Shown one piece after another: positions 31,028-40,897 of a DNA stretch of 64,000 nucleotides. The notes beneath the pieces are model-generated. The model worked only from the letters and a program-made list of their open reading frames with translations. It was not told the origin of the DNA and did no database searches. The DNA comes from a virus. The stretch is from the IMG/VR virus record IMGVR_UViG_3300036985_009306, positions 96,001 to 160,000 of that record. The stretch is one strand, 5' to 3'. The translations under genes were made by a program, and so were the position numbers. The stretch's first letter is position 1. Every line of letters begins with the position of its first letter.

Positions 31028-31383
31028 TGTGTAGGATAAATAATAATTGCAAAGTAGATGTAGAATTATTTCAAGAATACCGTACTGAACCTATTGCAAA
31101 ATGGAATAAAATAAAAAATAAAGAAGATATTTTTGTTATGGGTATACATGATGCATTACATAAACTTATGATACAAGCTTTAGAACAATGTGATGAAATT
31201 AGGATTCCTACTATTTTAGTAAATCATGAAACTCCTCAAGATAAATATGCTGATTATGACAACCAAGGAATAGGAATAGGTGAACCAATTGGAACAGTGG
31301 GAGAGTTTAGGTTAGGTTTTTATATGTACACGTTAGGTACAAAGAAAAAGGAGATTGCGAATGAAAAAATCAAAAGCGGCTGA
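31027..31383 (+). CDS. Hypothetical protein
   Basis: TAATG overlap. Confidence 0.5.
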   Translation: MCRINNNCKVDVELFQEYRTEPIAKWNKIKNKEDIFVMGIHDALHKLMIQALEQCDEIRIPTILVNHETPQDKYADYDNQGIGIGEPIGTVGEFRLGFYMYTLGTKKKEIANEKIKSG

Positions 31384-31924
31384 AATGTTAGTTTATGCTT
31401 ATCAAGTGGCTACAATCGAAGATTCTGTTAGTATAGTAAGACATTGTGAGATAAAAGACAAACTTGATACAATAGGTTACTTGATTGTTAATAGTAATAC
31501 TTCAGAAACAAATAAAGATTGTGAATTAATATCTGTAGGTTTTAATGGAGGATTAGATGAGGGTCATGCTTGTGAAGTATGTGACATTACACCCAAAGAA
31601 TATAAAGAAATTTTGAATAAAGAACGCAAACTTCCCAAAGGATGGAAGTTGAAAGAAGTATTGTTTGATGGGACTTTTATTTATGACAAAATGGATGATT
31701 TAGAAAAATCTTTAAAAGATTGGCCTTATTCAGTAGAAATTGACGATCAACCAGAACGTAGACTTTTAGGTTTTAAATGTAAGTCAGGGAGAAAATGGCA
31801 AATTAGTTTTATAAATTTCAAAAAATCTAATCATTCTTTTAAGACGCCCGAAGATAAGCAGTTATTTATTAAGAAAGTAAATACAAAACCTTTTTATAAT
31901 AAAGATGTTGTATATGATTGGTAA
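31361..31924 (+). CDS. Hypothetical protein
   Basis: AAGGAG SD; operonic. Confidence 0.5.
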   Translation: MKKSKAAEMLVYAYQVATIEDSVSIVRHCEIKDKLDTIGYLIVNSNTSETNKDCELISVGFNGGLDEGHACEVCDITPKEYKEILNKERKLPKGWKLKEVLFDGTFIYDKMDDLEKSLKDWPYSVEIDDQPERRLLGFKCKSGRKWQISFINFKKSNHSFKTPEDKQLFIKKVNTKPFYNKDVVYDW

Positions 31925-31982
31925 TGACAACTGATGAACAAGATAGAAGAATTACGTTTTTTATGAGATAAGGCTTGAAACT

Positions 31983-34262
31983 ATGCAAATCGAACAAATT
32001 ACATTAGAGGGTTTTCTAAGTTATAAACAAAAACAAACAATAGATTTATCAAGTGTTTCTATTTGTTTGGTATTGGGTAGAATAAATGGTGATCTTGATT
32101 TATCAAATGGTGCAGGAAAATCTAGTCTTTTTGAATCTATACCTGTAAATTTCTTTGGCAAGGGCTCAGGAAGAGCTGATTTGTTGGACAGTTACATCAA
32201 TGACGACATGTCAAAGATGTATCTTGAAACTATTTTCAGAATAGATAATCAAAGATTCAAAACGGTTAGAACAAAGTTAAGATCATCAGGAACAGTTTTT
32301 GAGATTTTTCAGGATTCTACAAATAAAGAAATAGATAAAGCAACATGGAAGAAAACTGATAGATCTATTGAAGATATTCTTGGTTTAAGTGCAAAAACTT
32401 ATAGTTCGACAATATATTTGAACGAAAGAGAATCACTTCAAGTAATTACAGGAACTAGTTCTGAGAGAAAAGAAATATTAAGAGAATTGTTGAATATAGA
32501 TATTTATGAAAAAGCATCTAAATCATGTAATAGAAAATTTGACGATTTTGATAAAAAGTTTTTTGTTAATCTTGAGTTGATAAAAACACGTCAACAACAA
32601 ATAGAAAACGAATCTTGTCTTAAAGAAGATCTTGTTTCTATAGAGTCCGAATTAAGAAAACTCAAACAGGGTTTAAAATTGTTGGAGAAAACATTAAAAG
32701 ACAAAAATGAAGAAAAGAAGAAGATAGAGATTTTGATTGAGACTCAGAAAACTGTTAAAGATCAAATAGTTCAATCTCAGAAAGTGATAGATGAATTTGA
32801 AAAAGAAAAGAAAAACATACAAATAGATATTAATTCAATTAAAGATGAAATAGAAAAACAAAAGAAATCTTATTCTGCATTTAAGTCTGATATTGAAGCA
32901 AAAATTAAAGAAATACCTGACTTAGAAAAACAAATTAATACACATGAAATAATGTTAAAAGAGTTGGATAAAGTTGACAAAGAGTTCAAAGTAGTTACAG
33001 AAGAGATTAAACAAAAAGTTGACAAAAAAAGCAAATTAATAACTTCAGGTGATGTTGCAGTAGCTGAGGCAAAACCTATTAATCAACTTTTGTCTCGTTT
33101 AGATGAGTTTGGAAATGTTTGTCCAGTAACTGAGTTGGAATGTCCAGTTATAAAAGGCGATTATAAAGATGAATTAAAAAGAACAAAGACAGAAGAACTA
33201 CAGAAGAATATTGAAAAAACAGACAAAATACAAGAACAACTGAAAGTAATTGCTAAAGAATTAAAAGAGCTGCGTCAAAAAGAAAATGATTTAGAGCAAA
33301 AATCAGAAACTAGACAGAATACGAATGAAGCTTTATTGAAGGTAAAACTTTCTCTTCAGACAATAGAAAGCAATAAGACAAAATTAGTTGAGAAAGAGAA
33401 AGAGTTTAAAGAGTATTTAGAACAATGTGAAAAAGATGTAGAGAAATTAAACAAACAAAAATTTGAAAATGAAGAAAAATTAAAAGAATTTAATAAAAAC
33501 AAGAATGATTTAGAAATCAAACTTGATTCTAGTCTTGACAAAAAATTATCTATAGCTTCAAATGAAGTTTTGATTGTTGAGAAAGATATTTCAGAAGAAC
33601 AATTAAAACTTAATTCTAAAAATCAAAAACTTGGAGAAGTCAAAAATTCATTAGAAACTATTGAGAAAATGAAAAAGGATATAGAAGTTTTTATAAAAAA
33701 TAATGAAGAGCTCACAAAACAAAAAAAGATATATCAATCTCTTAGTACTATATTTGGAAAAGATGGAATACAAAAAGCAATTATAAAAGAATCAATTCCT
33801 ATGTTGGAGAAGTATACTTCAGAGTTTTTGAAAATTTTTAATGATGATTCTGAGAAAATAAAAATAAAATTTGATCTAGACCCTCGAACTCAAGATGGTG
33901 AATATAAAAAAGGTGGAGGACTTGATATTCTTGTTTTAGAAGAGGGTAAAGAACCAAAAGATTTGCAAATGTATTCAGGTGGAGAAACTGTAAGAATTGT
34001 TTTTAGCATTGTTCTATCATTAGCAAAGCTTTTATCATTGAGAGCAGGTAAGAAACATGAGTCATTGATTATAGATGAAAAAATTGCAAAGTTAGATTCA
34101 AGAGGAATAGAACAATTTGGAGAAGTGATTAGAGAGATTTCAAAAATATACAAACAGGTTTTCGTTATCACTCATATTGAAAGTTTGAAAAACATGATCA
34201 GTGGAAATGAGATTATCGTAAATAAAGTTGATAATGAGGGTAGTCTTGTCTCTGTTGTTTAA
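31983..34262 (+). CDS. sbcC: SbcC/Rad50 (gp46-like) ATPase
   Basis: NGAGKSS Walker A; coiled coil; CPVTELECP hook-like motif; YSGGE signature; LIIDE; ITH. Confidence 0.92.
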   Translation: MQIEQITLEGFLSYKQKQTIDLSSVSICLVLGRINGDLDLSNGAGKSSLFESIPVNFFGKGSGRADLLDSYINDDMSKMYLETIFRIDNQRFKTVRTKLRSSGTVFEIFQDSTNKEIDKATWKKTDRSIEDILGLSAKTYSSTIYLNERESLQVITGTSSERKEILRELLNIDIYEKASKSCNRKFDDFDKKFFVNLELIKTRQQQIENESCLKEDLVSIESELRKLKQGLKLLEKTLKDKNEEKKKIEILIETQKTVKDQIVQSQKVIDEFEKEKKNIQIDINSIKDEIEKQKKSYSAFKSDIEAKIKEIPDLEKQINTHEIMLKELDKVDKEFKVVTEEIKQKVDKKSKLITSGDVAVAEAKPINQLLSRLDEFGNVCPVTELECPVIKGDYKDELKRTKTEELQKNIEKTDKIQEQLKVIAKELKELRQKENDLEQKSETRQNTNEALLKVKLSLQTIESNKTKLVEKEKEFKEYLEQCEKDVEKLNKQKFENEEKLKEFNKNKNDLEIKLDSSLDKKLSIASNEVLIVEKDISEEQLKLNSKNQKLGEVKNSLETIEKMKKDIEVFIKNNEELTKQKKIYQSLSTIFGKDGIQKAIIKESIPMLEKYTSEFLKIFNDDSEKIKIKFDLDPRTQDGEYKKGGGLDILVLEEGKEPKDLQMYSGGETVRIVFSIVLSLAKLLSLRAGKKHESLIIDEKIAKLDSRGIEQFGEVIREISKIYKQVFVITHIESLKNMISGNEIIVNKVDNEGSLVSVV

Positions 34263-34932
34263 TGAGGAGAAAGATAGCAAAAAAGTTTTTAAAAATAGAA
34301 AATTGAAAGGTGGCTTGATTTTGAAAGAGAGCAAAATAAAAAATTATCAGAAGCTTTTAGAAGCTGTTGATGCTCTGAAAGATGATTTTTTGTTTCAGGT
34401 TCGAGTTGAGAATCGTAATACTCAGGAAGAAAGAGTTGGGATATTTGTAGATATACAGAATGTGTATTATGGAGCAAAAGATAACTTCAAAGGCAAGATA
34501 GATTTTAAGAAATTAACAGAAAGTATGATAAAGGGTCGACACCTTGTAGTGTCAAATGCTTATTTAGTCAATAGTGATAATGATAATTCTAACTTTGTCA
34601 GCTTTATGAAGCAGATAGGTTACAATATTATTTCAAAAGATCTTAGAAAAAGAAGTGATGGAACTGCTAAAGGCAATTTAGATATTGAGATGGTTATTGA
34701 CATAATCACTGAGAAAGACAGATTAGATACTGTGGTTCTTGTTTCTGGTGATGGTGATTTTGTAGCATTAGCAGAATATTTAAAGTTGCAGAATATTCAG
34801 GTAGAGGTTTACTCATTTTCAAATAAGAAAAATATTACTTCACAAGATCTCAAAAATGTAGCTTCTAAATTTTTCGAAATTGATGAAAGTTATGTTTTCG
34901 AAGAATCAAAAAAAGGGAGGGAAAGATGTTAA
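34228..34932 (+). CDS. NYN-domain (LabA/DUF88) protein
   Basis: IFVDIQNVYY; KGNLDIEMVID; LVSGDGDFV; VEVYS. Confidence 0.88.
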   Translation: MIMRVVLSLLFNEEKDSKKVFKNRKLKGGLILKESKIKNYQKLLEAVDALKDDFLFQVRVENRNTQEERVGIFVDIQNVYYGAKDNFKGKIDFKKLTESMIKGRHLVVSNAYLVNSDNDNSNFVSFMKQIGYNIISKDLRKRSDGTAKGNLDIEMVIDIITEKDRLDTVVLVSGDGDFVALAEYLKLQNIQVEVYSFSNKKNITSQDLKNVASKFFEIDESYVFEESKKGRERC

Positions 34933-34968
34933 ATGAATTTTTGAAGTTTCAATGATAAAGATAGTAAA

Positions 34969-35154
34969 ATGATTAAACATTATGAAGAAACAAAAATTGT
35001 AAATACAGCACTTGCAGAAAAAGCAAAAAATGAAGGTTTTAGTTTCTTTGAACAAATTGGTGTTGCTGCTTTTTTAAAAGGCGAAAAACAAACTAAAAGA
35101 CATATTATGACTATACATGAGAAAAAAGATTTTGTAGAAACTGATTCTATGTAA
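34969..35154 (+). CDS. Small hypothetical protein
   Basis: 61-aa ORF within the operon. Confidence 0.4.
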   Translation: MIKHYEETKIVNTALAEKAKNEGFSFFEQIGVAAFLKGEKQTKRHIMTIHEKKDFVETDSM

Positions 35155-35165
35155 CTGGATGTAAT

Positions 35166-36059
35166 ATGATAGAATTTGTTGATTTGATGCAAGCACGAAG
35201 TCTAGTTGTTTTAGAAGAAAAAATGGATGAATATTGGTATTCGGATAACTGGGTTATGGAACCAATTTATCAAGGAATCAGATACCAATGTCTAGTTGAT
35301 GATTCAAGGGAATTGAAATTTTTAGGAAAGAAGAAAGATTGTAAAGAAAATTCAGTATATTTGTTGACAGAACTTATTGAAGAAATCAAAAGTTTTAATC
35401 TTCCTAAAAATTCATTATTTGAAGGATATCTTACATTTAACAATGATCAACAAAAAGCTTATCAGTTTCTAAAAAGCAATACAATTGATGATTTATATAA
35501 AGATTTTGAGTTCTATTTCACTGATGTAATCTACTTGGAAAATAAAGAACTTTTTTTATTGCCTTTATTCGACCGCAGATCTAGATTGACATCTTTAATA
35601 CAAGACAAAAAACTTGTAAAGCTACAAAAGTCTTATACTTCAAATAAAAAAGACAAATTTGAAGAACTAAGAGATAAAATTAAAGTGTTCTTGTTTAAGG
35701 AGTTAGAATCAACATATACTTTCAAACAAAGTATGTCTTGGAGGATTTTTAAACTTCCTAAGTCATTTTTTATGATAGTTACAGGGTTTATAGAGAATGA
35801 TAATGAACAATATAAAGGCATGGTAATGGCTTTAGAAGGTAGTCAGTATAAGGATGGACAAATTACTAAAATTATGAATGTTCCTGTACATAGAAATGAT
35901 AGCAGACATTTTCTTTATAATTCAAGAAAAGAAATTATTGGAAAAGTATTTGAGTTTCTAGCATTGGAAAAAACTAAGAAAGGGAAATTTCAAGAAACCA
36001 GATTTGTAGATATGAGAAATGATTTTAACCCTGAAGAATGTATTTGGGAAGGAAATTAA
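35166..36059 (+). CDS. ATP-dependent DNA ligase homologue lacking the catalytic lysine
   Basis: Ligase motif layout: WVMEPIYQGIRYQ (motif I), LFEGYL, FTDVIYL, LFDRRSRL; OB-like C-terminus ending FQETRFVDMRND. Confidence 0.7.
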   Translation: MIEFVDLMQARSLVVLEEKMDEYWYSDNWVMEPIYQGIRYQCLVDDSRELKFLGKKKDCKENSVYLLTELIEEIKSFNLPKNSLFEGYLTFNNDQQKAYQFLKSNTIDDLYKDFEFYFTDVIYLENKELFLLPLFDRRSRLTSLIQDKKLVKLQKSYTSNKKDKFEELRDKIKVFLFKELESTYTFKQSMSWRIFKLPKSFFMIVTGFIENDNEQYKGMVMALEGSQYKDGQITKIMNVPVHRNDSRHFLYNSRKEIIGKVFEFLALEKTKKGKFQETRFVDMRNDFNPEECIWEGN

Positions 36060-36060
36060 T

Positions 36061-36201
36061 ATGTTTCATAAAAAAGGCACACCTCAGCCTATTCATGTTG
36101 CATCTGGTAAGTGTGAGATTTGTGGCAGTCAACCTGCAACTACTATGTGTGAAGGTAAAATGGTGTGTAGCTCATGTAAAGAAAATATCAATAAAAAATA
36201 A
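36061..36201 (+). CDS. Small Zn-finger protein
   Basis: CEICG...VCSSC. Confidence 0.5.
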   Translation: MFHKKGTPQPIHVASGKCEICGSQPATTMCEGKMVCSSCKENINKK

Positions 36202-36209
36202 TTAATGTT

Positions 36210-36905
36210 ATGTCATCAGAACTGAATAAAACTAGTTTAATAAGACATTTTGATCCCACAGGTGATATAAGCAGCTTTAAACGTGAAGTCAGAATTGACC
36301 AGAATCTATTAGAAATGTTTTTTTCTAATAGTGATGGACTTTATAATTCATCAGACATACAGATTGAACTTGAAAATGGTGAGAAAATTAATGAAATAAA
36401 TTATATAATAGAGCATATGTTGCCAGAAATAGAGAAGCTTGTCATACTTCTTTTATTTTTTTATAAGAAAAAACAAGAAGTAGTCGGTCGAATATTACGT
36501 GTTTCTCAAGAGATGGTTTGTTATTATAAGAAGCGTGCTCTAAAAAGAATAAATTTGCTCTGTTTTTTTAGAAATATAGATATAACAAAGATGGAGCTGT
36601 TTTTACAGCAACATGTTACCAAGAAACAAAAAGTTGCAATGATAGAATATTTTAAAGATCATGATTTAAGAAGGATTGCAAAAAAAATTGGTAAGTCTGA
36701 AGGAAAAGTGAATCTATTGTACGAGTCAATAGGTTCTAGAATAAAGTTGGGTCTTAAAAGACTTGATTATTTAAAGAAGTCATCTAATCCTACCTTAGCT
36801 AGAGAAGCTTCTCTTTATCACAAAGTATTCTCTCTTCTTAAAAAATATAACTCGCTTTATCACACTCAATCGAAGAAAAAAGTTAATAGAGAAATTTCTG
36901 TATAG
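36210..36905 (+). CDS. Sigma-region-4-like HTH regulator
   Basis: LPEIEKLVILLLFFYKKKQEVVGRILRVSQEMVCYYKKRALKRI plus a second HTH-like segment. Confidence 0.6.
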   Translation: MSSELNKTSLIRHFDPTGDISSFKREVRIDQNLLEMFFSNSDGLYNSSDIQIELENGEKINEINYIIEHMLPEIEKLVILLLFFYKKKQEVVGRILRVSQEMVCYYKKRALKRINLLCFFRNIDITKMELFLQQHVTKKQKVAMIEYFKDHDLRRIAKKIGKSEGKVNLLYESIGSRIKLGLKRLDYLKKSSNPTLAREASLYHKVFSLLKKYNSLYHTQSKKKVNREISV

Positions 36906-37045
36906 ATTTCTAATGTATATCTTTTATAAAGTTTTTATTATCTTCACTTAAGCTGTTAAGTTCTTTCTATGAAACAAGAAGACATCATTAAGATGTTATC
37001 ACACATGCAGTCTTAATGTTATCACATTAAAATAAGAGGACAATT

Positions 37046-37729
37046 ATGGACAAAAAAGTTGTTGCTGAAAGGACTAATGTCCTTACTGAAACTGAGAATA
37101 AAAGTTTTATACACGCTGTCATTAATGCTGTGACTAAAGGTTATTCTGACAATACAGTTCTAGAAGATATTCTTGATCTAGTGAGAAGAAAAGAAGTAAG
37201 CAAAGGCGTTATTAAAGCTGCACCGGAGGCATTGAAGACTTATGGAGAATCAATCAAGAATAGTTTGGATTTTCTATCAAGTCAAATTGATGAGTTAGAG
37301 ATTATTGATGAGCCTACAGTTAAGAAAAGAGAGAAACCTAAAGAAGATGATCAACAAAATGTTGTTGAAGAAGAAATGAAAAAAGTAGAAGAACCTGCAG
37401 AGAAAACAGCTTCTTTTGATAAGTTTGCATGTTTAAAAGTTTCTGAAGACTGGGACAAATATTGTTATGATGAGAAAAAGAATTCAATGACAGGTATTTT
37501 GAAGTTGAATTTTGGACAAGATATGTCAAAGTTTATGGTTAAAGCAAAAGTTATTCTTGCAAAACAAGATATAGAAGATGTTCTTTCTAAGATTTATAGT
37601 TATTATGGTTCTGAGTACAAGAATTTAAAAGCTAATTTGTCACCTAATATTTTTAAGACAGAGATTAAATTTAGTAATTTAGAAAAAGGTTTAGCTGAAG
37701 TTCTTTATGAAATCAATGGAGCTTTCTAA
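37046..37729 (+). CDS. Hypothetical protein (possible virion-internal)
   Basis: First gene of a tightly packed block of charged helical ORFs. Confidence 0.55.
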   Translation: MDKKVVAERTNVLTETENKSFIHAVINAVTKGYSDNTVLEDILDLVRRKEVSKGVIKAAPEALKTYGESIKNSLDFLSSQIDELEIIDEPTVKKREKPKEDDQQNVVEEEMKKVEEPAEKTASFDKFACLKVSEDWDKYCYDEKKNSMTGILKLNFGQDMSKFMVKAKVILAKQDIEDVLSKIYSYYGSEYKNLKANLSPNIFKTEIKFSNLEKGLAEVLYEINGAF

Positions 37730-37926
37730 TGTTGAGAAGTGAAGAATCAAATATTCTTGAAAAAGCTTTGGGTAACACTGAGATAAAAAAGAAAAGCTAT
37801 TTTGAAAGAGTCAATTTTTCTTGTAAAAAGAAAGATCCATTTGAAAATAAAGCTGATGGTAATGTTTGGAAAGTTCAAGGAAATAAATTGTTGAGAAAGA
37901 AGACTAAAGAGGAAAACAATGGATAA
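37729..37926 (+). CDS. Small hypothetical protein with ESxxLExA N-terminal motif
   Basis: TAATG overlap; MLRSEESNILEKAL. Confidence 0.5.
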   Translation: MLRSEESNILEKALGNTEIKKKSYFERVNFSCKKKDPFENKADGNVWKVQGNKLLRKKTKEENNG

Positions 37927-38290
37927 AGTTTATGTTGTTTGGGATTTAAAATCAAAGAAACCAATTGAAGAAAAGAAAAATCCTACACAACAAGATTTTA
38001 AGAAATACCAAGCTCAACAATATGTTTGGGTATTAAAAGATGATATGTATGATGCTAGACTATCTAAACATAATTTGAAGGCAACAAAAGTAGGAAGAAT
38101 AGCTCAAGAAATTCTATCTTCAAAAGGTAATTTAATGTTGATAGAGAATTCTGTAAATAAGATAGAAAAATCTATTAAAAGCGTTATTGATTGGGCTAAA
38201 GATATACAAGACAAAAAAATTTCAGAAAAAATAAATTCAAATGCTTTAAGTATCATTAAAGAAATAAAAGAAGTAAAAAAGGAATTTTAA
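37919..38290 (+). CDS. Hypothetical protein
   Basis: Operonic. Confidence 0.55.
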   Translation: MDKVYVVWDLKSKKPIEEKKNPTQQDFKKYQAQQYVWVLKDDMYDARLSKHNLKATKVGRIAQEILSSKGNLMLIENSVNKIEKSIKSVIDWAKDIQDKKISEKINSNALSIIKEIKEVKKEF

Positions 38291-38291
38291 A

Positions 38292-38615
38292 ATGAATACA
38301 AAGAATGTCCTAATGGAGATATTAGCTGCAATACCAGAAGAAGTTGAGAAAAAAGCACCTCCTCTTAAAGAAGAAATTCCAGAAAAAGTAGTAAAACAGC
38401 AACCAAAGACTTCTGTTGATCAAGAATCAATAGATGAAGCACTAGAAATTGCTACTTTTGTAAGAGACAAAGCCAATAGTTTGTTGTCAGAAGCAAATCA
38501 AGCAATCGAAAATCTATCTGGTGATAGCAAGGCAAGTGTATTAGAATCAAAAGACGATTTTCATAGTTTAGTTTTGCGACTAAAACAGATGAAAAGAAGA
38601 TTAAACATAATCTAA
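38292..38615 (+). CDS. Hypothetical protein
   Basis: Operonic. Confidence 0.55.
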   Translation: MNTKNVLMEILAAIPEEVEKKAPPLKEEIPEKVVKQQPKTSVDQESIDEALEIATFVRDKANSLLSEANQAIENLSGDSKASVLESKDDFHSLVLRLKQMKRRLNII

Positions 38616-38624
38616 GGAGAAATT

Positions 38625-39095
38625 ATGCTTAGAGATACACAATCAAAGTTTTTAAATGATATAAGTATTTCAAAAAGAGGTATTGTAAAAGTTGCTTCTT
38701 CACAAGTTCCGAGAGGAAAAGAAGCAACAACTAAACATGAAGTCAAGAAAGTTTTAAAGACTTTTGAAAAAAGTCCTGATGTGACAAAGGATACATTAAA
38801 TAAATATCAACAAAGAGTGGAATTAGATCCAAGTCCAAAAAATGTTGCTAAAGATTTCTTTAATGATCTTGGTGAAGCAAGAAAACATAAAAAACAAATG
38901 CATTTAGTAACTGCTATGTCTTTGAGACAAGCAGGTATCTTTAAGATAGCAGGTAGAAATGTATATGAGGATTTAGAGACAGGTGATTTTTGGAAAATGT
39001 CTGAAGACAAGAAACATGTTTTACGTATGTTCAAAGAAAATAATGGTATTGCTGTAAATTTAAAAGATAAAAAACATGTCGTCAATTGCCATTAA
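38625..39095 (+). CDS. Hypothetical protein whose last codons (VNCH*) come from the IscB element left end
   Basis: AAGGAG SD; GTCAATTGCCATTAA begins in frame at 39081. Confidence 0.6.
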   Translation: MLRDTQSKFLNDISISKRGIVKVASSQVPRGKEATTKHEVKKVLKTFEKSPDVTKDTLNKYQQRVELDPSPKNVAKDFFNDLGEARKHKKQMHLVTAMSLRQAGIFKIAGRNVYEDLETGDFWKMSEDKKHVLRMFKENNGIAVNLKDKKHVVNCH

Positions 39096-39310
39096 TGGTC
39101 TAAGCCGTGAGGTTTAGTGCAAGAGTTGATTAGAGGGCATGAAAATGCAGAAGTTTAAAGCAGAGTTAAAGAACGTACCAAAGAGTGCTCCACAAGCTCT
39201 TTGCTCTACAAGTCCATCTTTAAACAAAGACCAAAGTCTTAGTGAGATGGACAAAGTACTGGCTTTAAACAACCTCGAAGTGGATCCACTCCAACATAGA
39301 GGAGGACAGA
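39081..39310 (+). ncRNA. omegaRNA scaffold (3' boundary approximate)
   Basis: GTCAAT paired with GTTGAT; hairpins CTAAGCC/GGTTTAG and AAAGAG/CTCTTT; directly upstream of the PLMP domain. Confidence 0.7.
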
Positions 39311-40505
39311 AACTCTCTGTCACTATCTATGTATTTAACATACATGGCCAACCTCTAATGCCATGTTCACCAAGAAAAGCTAGAGTTTTATTAAAGAGAG
39401 GAGAAGCAAAAGTCTTAAAAACAAATCCATTCTTTGTCATTCAACTTACTAAAGAAACTAGTAATCATGTACAAGAGTGCTCTTTAGGAATAGACTCTGG
39501 TTACAAGCATATAGGTTTTTCTGTAGTTAGTGACAAGAAAGAAATTGTTTGTGGTGAGTTAGAACTTGATCAAAAAACTTCTGAAAGATTAATTAAACGA
39601 ACAGGATATCGTAGAAATAGAAGAAATAGATTGTGGTATAGAAAGCCAAGATTTAGTAATAGAAAAAAAGATAAAGGATGGTTGCCGCCTTCAACTTTAA
39701 GAAGATTCAACACTCATATCTCTCTTATCAACAAACTCAAATCTTATCTACCAATCAAAGATATCTCTATAGAAGTAGGAAATTTTGATATTCAGAAGAT
39801 AGAGAATCCAGATATTAAGGGAATACAATATCAACAGGGAAGTTTGTATGAATATCAGAATATGAGAAGTTTTTTAATGGATAGAGAACATGGCAAGTGT
39901 CAACTATGTGGAAAAGAATTTAGCAAAGGAAATGACTCACACATCCATCATATTATTCCCAGAGATGATGGAGGGACAGATAGAGAAAAGAATTTAGCTT
40001 TGTTGCATAAAAGTTGTCATAAAAAACTTCACAAACAAAAATTATTTGATAAATTAAAAAAGAACAAGCAGTATAAAGATTCAATATTTATGAATATTAT
40101 TAGATGGAGGTTTAGAGAAATATTTAGAGAATGTAGGTTAGTGTATGGGAATGAGACATTTGTAAAGAGAAATGAGTTAAGATTAGAGAAGAGACATTGT
40201 AATGATGCTTTTGTAATAGCAAGTGGTACAAATCAAATTAAGACAAATCCTATGTTTTTAAAACAGAAACATAAAAATAATAGAGTTTTGCAAGTTAATA
40301 GAAAAGGTTTTAGACCTTCTATCAGAAGAAAAAGATATTCTATTCAACCCTATGATATAGTATTTATAAATAACAAGAAATATATTGCAAAAGGGTGTCA
40401 TTGTTATGGTAAAAGTATTATTTGTAATAATAGAATAAAAACTTTGGATTGTAGTATTAAAAAAGTTGAAAAAGTTTTCTATACAAATTCAATTTTTCAA
40501 AAAAT
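39081..40505 (+). mobile_element. Non-autonomous IS200/IS605-family IscB (OMEGA) element
   Basis: GTCAAT...GTTGATTAGA omegaRNA-type 5' end, intact iscB, no tnpA; removing 39081-40505 restores an open C-terminus for the flanking gene. Confidence 0.8.
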
Positions 40506-40509
40506 ATAA
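39139..40509 (+). CDS. iscB: IscB RNA-guided endonuclease (PLMP, split RuvC, bridge helix, HNH)
   Basis: GQPLMPCSPRKAR; LGIDSGYKHIG; RRNRRNRLWYRKPRF; IEVGNFD; CQLCG...HIHHIIPRDDGGTD...NLALLHKSCH; HCNDAFVIA. Confidence 0.92.
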   Translation: MKMQKFKAELKNVPKSAPQALCSTSPSLNKDQSLSEMDKVLALNNLEVDPLQHRGGQKLSVTIYVFNIHGQPLMPCSPRKARVLLKRGEAKVLKTNPFFVIQLTKETSNHVQECSLGIDSGYKHIGFSVVSDKKEIVCGELELDQKTSERLIKRTGYRRNRRNRLWYRKPRFSNRKKDKGWLPPSTLRRFNTHISLINKLKSYLPIKDISIEVGNFDIQKIENPDIKGIQYQQGSLYEYQNMRSFLMDREHGKCQLCGKEFSKGNDSHIHHIIPRDDGGTDREKNLALLHKSCHKKLHKQKLFDKLKKNKQYKDSIFMNIIRWRFREIFRECRLVYGNETFVKRNELRLEKRHCNDAFVIASGTNQIKTNPMFLKQKHKNNRVLQVNRKGFRPSIRRKRYSIQPYDIVFINNKKYIAKGCHCYGKSIICNNRIKTLDCSIKKVEKVFYTNSIFQKI

Positions 40510-40527
40510 AAAGAAAGTTTTACTAAA

Positions 40528-40884
40528 ATGAAAAACAATAGAGAATCATCTGTTTTAGAAGGTGCTATTTCTGCTATGACTGAAGCAGAGATGGCTGACT
40601 TGATGAAAGAAGCTGAAGAAGAATCTCTTGAAATTTTTAGTAAAGTTTCATTAGACTCACAAAAATTTGATGTACCTAATTTTGAACTTGTCGGTGTGGC
40701 TAAAGGTAAAAATGACAGTTTTGTTGTTACATATGAAAATAAAAATAATAAAGTTCTTAAAGGAACTGTTGATTTTGATAAAGCAAGAGCAGTAGAAAAA
40801 GGTTATGAACCTGTCGATGTTAGTGAGAAAGATGATTTAGTTATAGTGGTTTTTGAAAAAACAGATTGGCATTTAAAAAATTAG
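40528..40884 (+). CDS. Hypothetical protein with RESxVLExAI N-terminal motif
   Basis: MKNNRESSVLEGAISAM. Confidence 0.55.
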   Translation: MKNNRESSVLEGAISAMTEAEMADLMKEAEEESLEIFSKVSLDSQKFDVPNFELVGVAKGKNDSFVVTYENKNNKVLKGTVDFDKARAVEKGYEPVDVSEKDDLVIVVFEKTDWHLKN

Positions 40885-40897
40885 GAGAAGGAGACTT

